Positions 1-10,790 of a stretch of DNA of 64,000 nt are shown here, one piece after another. The position numbers and the translations under genes were made by a program. Positions within the stretch are counted from its first letter, which is position 1, and every line of letters begins with the position of its first letter. The DNA is from Williopsis jadinii (taxonomy: Eukaryota): assembly GCA_024346625.1 (NCBI GenBank), contig AP024665.1:1426001-1490000 (forward strand), read 5' to 3'. The notes below the pieces were generated by a model. That model saw nothing but the letters and a program-made list of their open reading frames with translations, ran no database searches and was not told the DNA's origin.

Positions 1-2514
1 GCTGGTTGGAGGTATCAAGAGTGGAGTTGGTCTTGATGGTCTCTTCTGTCTCAATAAGTAGTTCCATCTCTGCACAAAGTGCCTTGCCAAATCCCTTGCT
101 GGCTCACCAGCAACCATCATATGGACATCATGCCATGGCATACGTGGAACAACTTGGCGGTCATACATGGATTCATACGGTTTGTCCAAGTCGTAGAAAT
201 CTTTTACTCGAGGATTAGAGTAATCTTTTCCCGGGAAAGTTTGGAATCGAATTCCTTGCTCCGATGCATCTCTCTCGCTACCAAAGTCGTATGGAGAGTC
301 GTCAACTAAAACATGATCAGGTGTATCGTATCTTCCAAAGCACAAGTCAATTCCACCAACGAAAGCAACAGCATGATCAACAATACACAACTTTTCATGG
401 TGAGCCCAGAAAAATGTGTTTTGTAACCACTGATTTGGAGAACGGAGGACATGAACATTTGGATGTAAGTCTATCAAGGAGTGTTTGGTCCAAAGAGAAT
501 CTGTAACAACAGTCGTTCCAACATTTCTGTAAACAATAACAAAAACTTTAACTCCCTCTTCAGCTTTTCTTTTCAATATTCTATCAAGACGCCACTCTTG
601 GTTACCATTTGCTGGGCGTCTCATGTATATTTCAGGAGATAACCACCAATCGTGTATATAGATCACATCAGTTGCCATCTCTAATGCTGAACTGAGAGCC
701 CAAAAGTGATCTCTTCCATCAACGAGCCATTGTGCGAAGCAGTTCTCCCTTACTGGAGCAAAACTATTGAATCTGTTCCTGGATGACCAGATGGTGTTTT
801 TCTGCATGTTTTGTATAGACTGTGCCCACATTATTGCTTGATTCTTTGACTTTGCAATCATTTTAAGTTCACGTTCTCCGTTTTCAAGCTTAATCACAAC
901 ATGGGGTAGCGTTTTCCCTGATCTGGGTGGTTTGCTCTCATCGATAGATGCAGTATCGTCATAGAATGATTCATTATCGTTATCAAACTGAAGAGGTGAG
1001 ACAGAGTTATCCTCCCCATGGTATGTAATTTTGAAGCTGCTATCAACAAGGAACACATCTAGTGGAGTTGTAGAGTATATATCAGACACATACATGATGT
1101 AAGAGTCCCTCACGAGAAACCATTTATATGTGTGTCTCTGAACCATCTGTTTAATATCACTGAACTTCCAATGCCCGACTCTCCAACCTTGTGCTTTTGA
1201 AGATGATCCCACAATCATGTAACCTTGCTTTCCTTGAAATCCGTGTTCATAGCTTAAGAGAACTCCAATTGGAGATAATTCAAAAAATTGAAATAATCTA
1301 TTGGCTTCAGCTTTCAATGCGAATGCCAAAATCAACTGATTCAAATAGTTCTCGATTTTTTTTCTGAACTGTTCTCTATCATTGTCAATCCCCCTCTCAT
1401 CACTGATAGACATTCTAGAGGCTATTCTATGAATACGGTCCACGAGTCCACCCGAATGGTCTGATGAGCCAGATGATAGACTTCCATGTCTTCTATTTTG
1501 ACTCGGTCTTGGAACATCAAACCTATTGCTAGTTGGTTTAGGGGTTGATAGATAAGTCTCATTGAACGTAGGATGTTCCAAACGTCCAGGTTCCATATCC
1601 TTGGACAGCACTTTTGGAAACTTTGGTATCTCTGTGTGTTTGAATCCCTTCAAGCTCTTTGACTGGAATACTGCAACTTTAAGCCTTGAGTGTAAGCTAA
1701 CAAGATCTCTCAAGTCCTTTATCACATGCCACTTGAGTCTGTTAGATCCAATTCCATATTCTAAATTTATGCGATATTTTGTATGTTTACTTCCAGGTCT
1801 GGATACATCTTCAAGCTTGATTGCAAGTTGATTCAGCAATAGTGGAACCCTTCTCGTTCCATGCTCATCTTTCAAAAAGTTCGAGGCCAGGATCAATGCT
1901 GCAGGGGAACCCGCAATGAGACAAGTAACCATGTTTGAAGCTCGTATTCTTGCAGCCTCTTCGGACTCATCAAGTTGGGGACGTTTTGGGGCCGGTGATT
2001 TGGCAACAACAGACGACTTTCTCGGCTTACCAAACTTCAAAGCCTGTTTCCATTCCTTCCACCTTGTAGAAGAGTCTGGACCAGCAGAGAACCCACCTGG
2101 GATGAGTGAAAACTTCCGCCGCCATGTAGGAAGTTCCTGTTCGCCATCATGGAGATGAGGCATAACCTCCTGTGGCTGCGGAGGTTCTTGTTGTTCGAAC
2201 GCAGTTGAAAACTGTGTATGTGGACTCATTGGCCTCTGAGGATGTACCTCTTCATCATGATGTACAAAAGCACTCGAGGAGACGTTGTCAACTGGCGCCA
2301 AATGCTCGCCGCCTTCTCTCTGTTGGTCGTCCTCGTTCTTATGCCAAACGTCCGCATCCCAGTTAAACTGGTTGCCAATCTCATGGGGTCTGAAGAGTTC
2401 ACCATTAGCATTAGACCTCTGAATAGCAGATTCATTTGACTTCTTCCGAGAAGCCCTAATGGACCTATCGCTCGCCATATCCTCACTGTTTGGGTCAAGA
2501 GGGTCCAAGGTCAT
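1..2514 (-). CDS. SPO14: Phospholipase D1, N-terminal part (runs off the left edge)
   Basis: Hand translation from the ATG at 2514 (MTLDPLDPNSED...). It shows a PX/PH region (INLEYGIGSNRLKWHV; FELSPIGVLLSYE...KQGYM), then IHDWWLSPEIYMRRP and the first HKD motif HHEKLCIVD...FVGGIDLCFGRYDT. Absent from the ORF track because there is no stop inside the window. Confidence 0.95.
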   Translation of the reverse strand, partial: MTLDPLDPNSEDMASDRSIRASRKKSNESAIQRSNANGELFRPHEIGNQFNWDADVWHKNEDDQQREGGEHLAPVDNVSSSAFVHHDEEVHPQRPMSPHTQFSTAFEQQEPPQPQEVMPHLHDGEQELPTWRRKFSLIPGGFSAGPDSSTRWKEWKQALKFGKPRKSSVVAKSPAPKRPQLDESEEAARIRASNMVTCLIAGSPAALILASNFLKDEHGTRRVPLLLNQLAIKLEDVSRPGSKHTKYRINLEYGIGSNRLKWHVIKDLRDLVSLHSRLKVAVFQSKSLKGFKHTEIPKFPKVLSKDMEPGRLEHPTFNETYLSTPKPTSNRFDVPRPSQNRRHGSLSSGSSDHSGGLVDRIHRIASRMSISDERGIDNDREQFRKKIENYLNQLILAFALKAEANRLFQFFELSPIGVLLSYEHGFQGKQGYMIVGSSSKAQGWRVGHWKFSDIKQMVQRHTYKWFLVRDSYIMYVSDIYSTTPLDVFLVDSSFKITYHGEDNSVSPLQFDNDNESFYDDTASIDESKPPRSGKTLPHVVIKLENGERELKMIAKSKNQAIMWAQSIQNMQKNTIWSSRNRFNSFAPVRENCFAQWLVDGRDHFWALSSALEMATDVIYIHDWWLSPEIYMRRPANGNQEWRLDRILKRKAEEGVKVFVIVYRNVGTTVVTDSLWTKHSLIDLHPNVHVLRSPNQWLQNTFFWAHHEKLCIVDHAVAFVGGIDLCFGRYDTPDHVLVDDSPYDFGSERDASEQGIRFQTFPGKDYSNPRVKDFYDLDKPYESMYDRQVVPRMPWHDVHMMVAGEPARDLARHFVQRWNYLLRQKRPSRPTPLLIPPTS

Positions 2515-3295
2515 ACTTCTTTACTCTATGTGTTTCTATTTCCGATCCCACTCTGGTGACCGATCAAATTCCAGCCGCTCTCAACTGCCAAATAATATCC
2601 GTCTGATAAACTCAACAAGCACACTCTCTCCTTCCCTTGCTCCTTTAAATAATTGCTTGTGCGGGCTGTGGCGGATCCTGTGGTGTACTTCTGTGCGCTG
2701 CCTATTCTGTGTGCCTATTCTCAGGTGTAAACAAAGAAAATCTCCAAACCAATACAGAGAATTTCCGGGTTAAAGCTTGCCTGTGAGTTCCAACACAAAT
2801 CGCACTAGAACTTCTCCGAAGTTCGTACAGCAAAACTGTAAAGAACTGTTCGTATTTGCTTGTCTATGGCCTTTACCGGGTGTCTATGGGTAAGCTTGCT
2901 ATGCCTGTTCTAAGACCTCAGCGGTTAAAAAAGTTGATTCTGCGTAAACAATCGGGCTAAGGTGGTAGCAACGCAAGGACTGGTCTCGTTGGTGCTTGCT
3001 GCTGGGATGGCAGTGTGCGAGGCGCAGATAACGCCGATGTAGACAGTCTACCAGGTTCTTCTTAGCTTCTACATTGTATTATGCACTTTCTTTTGATAAT
3101 GCTATAGGGGAATCATTTTGTTCTCCATTTGTCAAGTAATGAGAAGCTCTTGTGAGGGGCCCCAGCCTGGCAGAAGGGGACTTTCGGGCCCCAGGCTGAG
3201 CAGACGGGCGCTCTACGGGCCACCAGTGTAGCGGAAAAGGAATAGTAGAAGGTCCGTAGAGCGAGCCGAGCTTTGAACGGGAAGAAATATGTGAC

Positions 3296-3363
3296 ACAAA
3301 AACAAAATCAAAAACAAAAACAAAAACAAAGTCAACAACAACAACAGCAGCAACAGCAACAGC
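3296..3363 (+). repeat. Low-complexity (CAAAAA)n then (CAA/CAG)n tract just upstream of IRC20
   Basis: acaaaaacaaaatcaaaaacaaaaacaaaaac...caacaacaacaacagcagcaacagcaacagc read directly. Confidence 0.8.
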
Positions 3364-3392
3364 GTAGGCGGGAGCCCTAGAGCACAGTCACA

Positions 3393-6300
3393 ATGTTAGA
3401 AGAGCATTACCTGGATGGAACACTCTTTCTAGCAACTTCGGTAAAGTGTATGAAACCTTCTGTGATCTCCAAATACCACGGGCTTGGACCGCCACGGATA
3501 TTTAAGAAGAAGAGAGAATTTGATCAGATAGGGCCCCACAGCTCATTCCAGGAGGACTTCAGTCTGATCACTATAGCGGACACAGTGCTGAGTGGAACAT
3601 GTGAAAGCTCACTAATCGAATGCGATGATTTTGAAGGGTTTGCCAACGAAATTTCAGTGGAAGTTATACCGAAAGTACGAAATGGGATGTTAGCGGTATA
3701 CTCTAGAACCAGAGGCCAGCTGAAACAGCAACTTTTGCTCAATTTCGAGCTTGAAGACCCCACAGCGCTGGATGTTATTGCCAGCCACTGTCGGGTCTTG
3801 TCTAACAACAATGCATACTTTGATAGATTCTTCAAATACCCGCATAGGCCAATTCTATCAGTGAAGTTAAACAGTGGCCAGTTCTCTGTCACCCTCAAGT
3901 ATACAATACAGGTATTAGAGACACTATACATGGATTACCCTATTGACGTTGCAGGATGTATATCTCAGATAATGGACCATTCCATCATGGGTGCTAAATG
4001 CTCGAAGGAGGAGGTTAATTCAAAACTGTTTTACGATTGTATAACTGAGAAAACTCAAAATTATCCACAATGTCTCAAACCTCCACTGGTACCAGAGTTG
4101 GATACTGATCTCCTAAGGTTTCAAGGCACAACTATTGAATGGATGCTTTCGAGAGAGAATGTCATATTCAATAACTCTACAAAATCTGTCAGTGATATTC
4201 CATTTTGGACAGAGAAATGCGCATTTCTAGACGATAAGTTCATTCTGGAAAAATTGGATAAGTTGTCTTTCGGATTCTCTCTTGTTCAAACACCTTTGCA
4301 AACCGAAAAGATTTGGTATAACAAGTACTCTTCAAATATATGTTCAAAGGAATCTGCTTTAAGATACCTTTCAGAGGAACAAACTCCAAAAGGTCGGGGT
4401 CTACTCGCCGAGGAAATGGGATTGGGGAAAACAGTGGAAATTATTGCATTGATACTGCTCAATCAAAGACCCCATAACCAACTCCTAGAGACTGTTCATG
4501 ACGATGCTCGAGATAGAGATATTCGAAAGGCAAAGACAACATTAATTGTTTGTCCAGAGTCTATCTTGTCCCAGTGGTCTGATGAAATTGCAATTCATGC
4601 CCCAAGTATTTCAGTGATGATTTACCAGGGATCAGTGCAACATAGAAAGAAATCCCCATCAGAGGTTGCAACGGAGATGGCACAACATGATGTGGTTTTA
4701 ACAACTTACACTGTTATGTCTCGAGAAGTACACAGTGCTCTGTACAATCCATCAAGATCTAAAAGGGTTCGAAGAGCAGTGACAACGAAACGTGACTTAC
4801 GGAAAGACATTCATGATCCAGGAATATATGATCAAGCTGCATTGGATGCACTGGAGGAGATCTATGAAGACATGAATCTTTTGAACGATACCTTGGATAA
4901 TCGCCCTGACTACACCTCACCTTTAGTACTATTGGAATTTTGGAGAATGGTACTAGACGAAGCTCAGATGGTTAAGAAATCGTTGTCAAATGTGTGCACC
5001 ACTGCCACTTTGATCCCGAGGTATCACTCGTGGGGTGCTTCGGGTACTCCTATAAAAAATATTGTGGATGACTTAAACTCACTGCTAACATTTATGAGAT
5101 TACACCCACTGGGTTCTCATAACAGTTGGAAATTGCTCAAACAGAACCCTGATGATTTCAAGCATTTATTTTCCACAATATCTCTGAGACACACGAAAAG
5201 TATGGTGAAAGATGACATCAAAATCCCCCCACAGACGCGTATACTCCTTAGTGTGCCATTCGGTCCAATTGAACAGGACAACTATGATTCAATGTATAAA
5301 CAGCTGTTGACAGATGTTGGCTTGGATGAAATGGGTAACCCAGTGATTGATGGATGGGAACCAACACCTGCTTATTATGAAACGATGAGATCTTGGTTAA
5401 CTACATTGAGACGTCTTTGTTGTCATCCAAGTTTTGGTCGTGAATCAGGATCAATTGGCACAAGAAATTTCCAGACAATGGACAGGGTTCTTGATAAAAT
5501 GATTGAAGAAGCACACGAGAAGTTTAGAGAAATAGATCGACGCTCTATTACTGCAAAACTCGAGATTGGTCAGATTTATGAATTTGTGAGGAGACCAAGA
5601 GATGCTTTAGTTGTTTGGACGGAATCATGTAAGGAAATTGAGAGCAAATTGCAAAAGGCTGAAAGTTCTAGAAATGACTTGAGTGTTCAATATTTAAGAG
5701 GACTGCTTGAACTTTTGCACAGGGCATATTTTTTCATTGCTTCAGCACATTATCAAATATATACTCCTCCATTAACAACACTTGTGCCTAATATAGTTGA
5801 GGCGTTGGCTGAAGAGGAAGGCATAGATCCTCATCTCATTACATTTGATCACATCAACTCAGCAGACATTACCGTTTGGAGAGTATTGACAGAAGATGAA
5901 TCAAAACACCAAGAACTTGAGAGGCAGTTCTACTCCATGGCTCAAAATCTAAGAAAGAGAATCCTAGCAGAGCCTATGGAGCAAGTACGACAGGGTATTG
6001 AAAACTTGCCGCATGATGTGCAAGCTCCAATGTTTACAATTTCTCATCGTGTGTTCAAGGATCTTGAGGTACAGGTTTTCACTTTAGAGCTGAAAAATGT
6101 GATTTTAAGTTTGAATGAGCAGAACGTTGTACTAAATAGGTGGTTATCCCAAGTTACTGATATTTTGAGAACACCGCTTCTCGATTCTATTTCTGATCCA
6201 AGTGGTGAAGAATACGCAGCTTCTTTGAATGACCAGGAATATGTTTCGATACTACTCACATACATCCAGAAAGTTATCAAGAATAGAGAACAATTGGTAA

Positions 6301-7673
6301 CTGGCAAAACTTCTGGTGAAATATATCAGCAAATCAATGTTGGTAATTCATCCGGTGATTCTTTTGCTGAAGAAATTGATAAGGAATACCCTAAAGTGTT
6401 TGCTAAAGAATCACTTCGAGGATTACTTGTGAGATCAAGATCACTGGTGGCAAAGGACAATCCGACTGAGGAGATTCGTCCGTTTACAGATGTGGTGATT
6501 AAATTGAAAAATGCATTTGAAGAGCAAAAAGATTTCTGTGACGCAATCTCGAAACATTTCAGAGTGTTAAATGATCTTTATAACATTAAGATCAACTATT
6601 TCAGAAGACTTCAAGAACTTTCTGACAGTGTGCGGCCATTTGATCAAAAGAGGCATTATCATTATGATCCTGATGTGAAAATTGAGGAACTTTATAACGT
6701 TATTGACACGACAGTAAACGAGTCCAAAACTGTGGAATCCAGGATACGTTATCTGAATTCTTTAAAGCAGGATGCTACTGTGGATGATAGCTCTAAGATG
6801 TGTGTTATTTGCAGAAGTGCCATCAATATTGGTTCTTTGACCGCATGTGGCCATCAGTACTGTAAAGATTGTTTGAGTGAATGGTTACGTAAGAAGTCGG
6901 TTTGTCCTGTATGCAAAGTCAAGATCAAACAGAGTGACGTTTATACTTTCACCTTCAACAAGCCTGAGGTCAATGTTAAGCTTGCCACATCCCAGCCGTC
7001 TGGTGAAATGTTCCAAATATATCACCAATTGGACCATGAAAGTTTACAGAAACTGAATGAGATCAAGCTGAAGTACAATCATGGATCCAAAGTTAATATC
7101 ATTGTGAGACAGGTTTTGTGGTTGAAAAGACGCGATCCAAAGGTTCAAATTGTCATTTATTCGCAGTGGACCCAGCTGCTATCCATCATTGGTAACTCTT
7201 TGAGATTCAATGGTGTCGAATTCTTGAGTTCTTTTAACGCACTTGATAGGCACGGGTCTGGTGGTAAGACACCATTCAGAAAAGATGTTGCCTTATTCAA
7301 GAAGGATCCCAACATTACATGTTTCCTCCTCAATTCTAATGCTGATGCATCTGGATTGAACCTTGTGAATGCCACGCATGTTTTCTTGTGTGAGCCTCTT
7401 GTACAGACTGCGCTGGAGCTACAGGCTATTAGCAGAGTTCACAGAATCGGACAAACTAAGCCAACAACTGTGTGGATGTTCACCATTTCTGGTACCGTGG
7501 AGGAAAGTATTGTACTCCTTTCCACCAGAAAAAGATTGGAATTCAAAGAACAGTTCGAAGAAGAGGAGATGGCAAAGAATGTAAGTTCACTTGTAAGAAC
7601 GAACGGCGAGTTTGTTGAAGCTTCTGATTTGTGGAATTCCTTTTTCAGTCATAAAGTGGGTAGGTTGATATGA
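3393..7673 (+). CDS. IRC20: SNF2-family ATPase / RING E3 ligase (SHPRH-like)
   Basis: 1426 aa. Motif I GLLAEEMGLGKT, motif II LDEAQ, C3HC4 RING CVICR...CGHQYCKDC...CPVCK, helicase C-terminal QAISRVHRIGQ. Adjacent to RCK2 as in S. cerevisiae. Confidence 0.9.
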   Translation: MLEEHYLDGTLFLATSVKCMKPSVISKYHGLGPPRIFKKKREFDQIGPHSSFQEDFSLITIADTVLSGTCESSLIECDDFEGFANEISVEVIPKVRNGMLAVYSRTRGQLKQQLLLNFELEDPTALDVIASHCRVLSNNNAYFDRFFKYPHRPILSVKLNSGQFSVTLKYTIQVLETLYMDYPIDVAGCISQIMDHSIMGAKCSKEEVNSKLFYDCITEKTQNYPQCLKPPLVPELDTDLLRFQGTTIEWMLSRENVIFNNSTKSVSDIPFWTEKCAFLDDKFILEKLDKLSFGFSLVQTPLQTEKIWYNKYSSNICSKESALRYLSEEQTPKGRGLLAEEMGLGKTVEIIALILLNQRPHNQLLETVHDDARDRDIRKAKTTLIVCPESILSQWSDEIAIHAPSISVMIYQGSVQHRKKSPSEVATEMAQHDVVLTTYTVMSREVHSALYNPSRSKRVRRAVTTKRDLRKDIHDPGIYDQAALDALEEIYEDMNLLNDTLDNRPDYTSPLVLLEFWRMVLDEAQMVKKSLSNVCTTATLIPRYHSWGASGTPIKNIVDDLNSLLTFMRLHPLGSHNSWKLLKQNPDDFKHLFSTISLRHTKSMVKDDIKIPPQTRILLSVPFGPIEQDNYDSMYKQLLTDVGLDEMGNPVIDGWEPTPAYYETMRSWLTTLRRLCCHPSFGRESGSIGTRNFQTMDRVLDKMIEEAHEKFREIDRRSITAKLEIGQIYEFVRRPRDALVVWTESCKEIESKLQKAESSRNDLSVQYLRGLLELLHRAYFFIASAHYQIYTPPLTTLVPNIVEALAEEEGIDPHLITFDHINSADITVWRVLTEDESKHQELERQFYSMAQNLRKRILAEPMEQVRQGIENLPHDVQAPMFTISHRVFKDLEVQVFTLELKNVILSLNEQNVVLNRWLSQVTDILRTPLLDSISDPSGEEYAASLNDQEYVSILLTYIQKVIKNREQLVTGKTSGEIYQQINVGNSSGDSFAEEIDKEYPKVFAKESLRGLLVRSRSLVAKDNPTEEIRPFTDVVIKLKNAFEEQKDFCDAISKHFRVLNDLYNIKINYFRRLQELSDSVRPFDQKRHYHYDPDVKIEELYNVIDTTVNESKTVESRIRYLNSLKQDATVDDSSKMCVICRSAINIGSLTACGHQYCKDCLSEWLRKKSVCPVCKVKIKQSDVYTFTFNKPEVNVKLATSQPSGEMFQIYHQLDHESLQKLNEIKLKYNHGSKVNIIVRQVLWLKRRDPKVQIVIYSQWTQLLSIIGNSLRFNGVEFLSSFNALDRHGSGGKTPFRKDVALFKKDPNITCFLLNSNADASGLNLVNATHVFLCEPLVQTALELQAISRVHRIGQTKPTTVWMFTISGTVEESIVLLSTRKRLEFKEQFEEEEMAKNVSSLVRTNGEFVEASDLWNSFFSHKVGRLI

Positions 7674-8150
7674 TACGTAACTCAATACCATGGACAGTAA
7701 AAGTACTTGAGAGTTTGTAATAGCTGAAGTCATTATGACCTTATGAGGTAACAACACTGATCCTGGTAATTTACTCTCTTTTATTTTACCAAGTGCATAA
7801 TTTTTCGCCGTTCAACTGTACCGTAACTACTGTACATTGTAATGATTTAATACCATTTAATGATACATGACTTCAAATTAATAAACCACAGATGAGGTTG
7901 ATATTTATTCAATGTTGAGGATGCACGCCAGACAGTAAAATTTTAAATAACGTGAGGACCGATTATCAGTGATTAAATTGAGGGAAATGTAAACTTGTAA
8001 TAAATATATCCGATTGGCACCAGAATAATCCTCTATCTCTTGCAAAGACTCAATATTACATTGAACATCATTTGAACAAATCAACAATTACTTCATTAAC
8101 GCATGTTCCTACCAATCGATACCGAGAGATAAATCTGCTTTCAAGCAGTT

Positions 8151-8222
8151 GGTTGTATAGTGTAGTGGTCATCACTTTCGGTTCTGATCCGAACAACCCC
8201 GGTTCGAATCCGGGTACGACCT
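8151..8222 (+). tRNA. tRNA-Gln, anticodon CUG (reads CAG)
   Basis: Acceptor stem GGTTGTA/TACGACC, anticodon arm TTCGG-TT-CTG-AT-CCGAA, T-arm CCCGG-TTCGAAT-CCGGG, followed by a T7 Pol III terminator. Confidence 0.97.
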
Positions 8223-8532
8223 CCATTTTTTTGTTGGACCAATCACCGAATTATGCATAAACTTGCATACACATGCATCATAGTTTTAGCACATGAGATA
8301 ACCGCATCTTAGAATCAAACTTCACAGACCTTTTCATATGTTACAACTTCGCAACTATCATCGATTACAGCCTCAAAGAATACAATACAAGATTACAAGC
8401 TTTATAGCATTGCATTCATAATGTTCAATATATAGTATAAACCTCACGTCATTTGTCCTCATTAAATTATAAAACTCAGCTTTAACATCAAAACATAAGG
8501 AAAGATCGCAAATAACGGCATTAATCAGTTTA

Positions 8533-10086
8533 TCAGCTAAGCACAGCTTTATTTTTTCTTCTGTTCAGGATGGTGGAAGTGTTCAAGCTGAGTTCAAAGG
8601 CACCTTTAGTCTCTAGGTGGCATTGTTGTCCGTTTCTAGGTTGAGTATCCAGCTTCACCTCTTTGATATACCTTCCACTGCCAGTCTCCACGTCACCAAC
8701 AGTTGGCTGGGAATTTGCCATTGCCATGTTTTCCTCCTCCTCTTCTAATATCTCATCAGACTGTGGCTTAAGGTTTATCAAGTTTTCCTCTCCAATTCTG
8801 TGAACAGCGTTAGAGATATCAAATGCATCTTTGAGTGCTCTTGCAGCAGGGGAGTATACAGACTCGGTACGCTTGAAATTTGCATATGGTTGTCTCTGAG
8901 GTTTTTTCCATTCTGATTCGTTGAGCCATGGATCATTGAGAAGTTGGTTTATATCATACCTATGCTTTGGGTTGACAGTTAAAAGGCGTTTGACACAATT
9001 CTTTGCACCAGGACTGATCTCATCCCACCAGGGTCTGAGGAACTGGTATTCACCATGGGCAACTTTCGCAGTTAATACATCAATCTTCTCATCATAAAAA
9101 GGTGGGAACCCACAGAGCATCGTATACAGGACACAGCCCAATGCCCACATATCAACAGATTTGGAATAGTGTTGATCACGAACAATCTCTGGGGCAGTGT
9201 AGCCAACTGTTCCACATGGCGTCTTTGTATTGTCGTACCAAATCTGCTTCGATAAACCAAAATCAGCCAATTTAACGATACCGATACCACCGCCACCAAC
9301 ACCATTGATGAATTCACCTTCATCAACTTTGGAGACGTCGTCGCTCTTTCTCAAGTGTCTATGCTTTGAAGGAACCATAGGGATCGGCTGGAAGAGCAGG
9401 TTCTCGGGTTTTATATCTCTGTGTACAATACCAACCTCTTCATGCAAGTATCTCACTGCTTCTGCAACTTGTCTCAATATATGGCGTGTCAAGTTTTCAG
9501 AGAGGTATGTGAAGTGAACGATTTCGTTGAAGATCTCGCCACCTTCAACCAATTCCTGGATGATGTAGTAAAACTCGTCAACCTCCTTGAACTCGACAAA
9601 CTTCACAATGTGATCGTTATTCAACTGTCTCAGGATTGTCGCCTCTTTCAGCACGGATGCCCTCTGGTTGGAGTCCATCTGAAACTTCTTGATGATCTTG
9701 ATCGCAACCATCTCCTGCGTGCTCAGCTGCAGAGCCCTGTGTACCGTGGAGAAGGCACCTTCTCCCAGCTTATCAATGATCTGGTAGTTGTCCAAGCCCG
9801 GGTGTTCTGGGTTATGCAATTTGCGTTCTTCCCGAACAAGTTCAGTCGCAAGCTCGTTATAGTCATAAGCAGTGTGATGGTTATGCTTATCACGCTTGTG
9901 CTGATCTTGAGCAAGCCCAGTGGTGTCAGCGCTGTGCACAGGCGGGTCCAATTGGGCCTCCAAATCACCGGCAAGAGCAGCATGCTCAGCGTGGTGAGTG
10001 TCATGTCCATGGTTATGTCCATGGGCCTGCTTACCTTGACGGATAAAGTTCTTGATGTTCTGCATTGGCTCGTTAGTTTCGCCCAT
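8533..10086 (-). CDS. RCK2: MAPKAP/CaMK-like Ser/Thr kinase (Hog1 target)
   Basis: GEGAFS, HRDIKPEN, the Rck-type glycine insert GVGGGGIGIVKLADFG, and TPCGTVGYTAPE. Confidence 0.92.
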   Translation of the reverse strand: MGETNEPMQNIKNFIRQGKQAHGHNHGHDTHHAEHAALAGDLEAQLDPPVHSADTTGLAQDQHKRDKHNHHTAYDYNELATELVREERKLHNPEHPGLDNYQIIDKLGEGAFSTVHRALQLSTQEMVAIKIIKKFQMDSNQRASVLKEATILRQLNNDHIVKFVEFKEVDEFYYIIQELVEGGEIFNEIVHFTYLSENLTRHILRQVAEAVRYLHEEVGIVHRDIKPENLLFQPIPMVPSKHRHLRKSDDVSKVDEGEFINGVGGGGIGIVKLADFGLSKQIWYDNTKTPCGTVGYTAPEIVRDQHYSKSVDMWALGCVLYTMLCGFPPFYDEKIDVLTAKVAHGEYQFLRPWWDEISPGAKNCVKRLLTVNPKHRYDINQLLNDPWLNESEWKKPQRQPYANFKRTESVYSPAARALKDAFDISNAVHRIGEENLINLKPQSDEILEEEEENMAMANSQPTVGDVETGSGRYIKEVKLDTQPRNGQQCHLETKGAFELSLNTSTILNRRKNKAVLS

Positions 10087-10710
10087 TTTTCAAAAACACA
10101 CACCACCTCCTCCAACGTAGGGGGGATTGAGGGATGGCTTAAAAAAACTTACGGTAAACATGATATTTCAACTCTTGAAGATAGGGGCGGAGGGGTGTTT
10201 TTCTTTTTTTAATATCAAATTAGCAACTCTTTCTTCCGTCCTTTTGCTCTTTACTTGCTTTTTTTTGCTTTTTTCAGTTCCAGGCAGATAGATAACAGCA
10301 CATATAAAATAGAGCACCAAGTGAAAACAAATCCAACCGTGTACGATTGCTCTCCTTCGCCGTCTCACGACCTTGGGCACAGCTGTGTTGGTCGAAAACG
10401 GGAACACAGAGTTTAACAAAAGAAACCCGAAGAAGGTGGGAGAATGACTAAATTTTTACGGCGTCTTCTTTTTTTAGGGGCAGCAGGTAGAATCTCTGTG
10501 TGTGTGTGTTGTTCTGCCTGTGCCTGCCCTGCCTGCCTGCCTGGCCTTCTTTGTTCCAGGCCCGCTGGTACTGGGAAAATAGAATAGGGCCATGAATGTA
10601 CGCAGCGGGCGGTGTGTCAGTCGTTGTGGGCCCAGCAGCCGGGCAGAGCTCGTAAGCCCACGGAGAGAGGCCGCCACTTGCGGGCCAAAGAATACGAAGC
10701 CGGCGCCTGG

Positions 10711-10790
10711 GCCAGAACACTGAGCCAGAACGCTGAGCCAGAACGCTGAGCCAGAACACTGAGCCAGAACGCTGAGCCAGAACGCTGAGC
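10711..10790. repeat. 13-bp minisatellite, 6 copies of GCCAGAAC(A/G)CTGA
   Basis: Units start at 10711, 10724, 10737, 10750, 10763 and 10776. The variant order is A,G,G,A,G,G. Confidence 0.95.

Noticed and set aside
2860..3290. Assigning the structured element as telomerase RNA, RNase MRP or U5
   Set aside because: The template-like CCCATAGACACCC is on the minus strand with domains in the wrong order and no clear Sm site. The minus-strand GAAAGTCCCC lacks a matching CR-V. GCCTTTACC is one T short of the invariant U5 loop.
9421..10212. 263-aa plus-strand ORF
   Set aside because: Antisense shadow of RCK2 caused by codon bias. The same applies to 20317-20970, 33162-33806, 35442-36101 and most short track ORFs.
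10711..10790. CRISPR-like repeat array
   Set aside because: Contiguous tandem units with no spacers, eukaryotic context, no cas genes.
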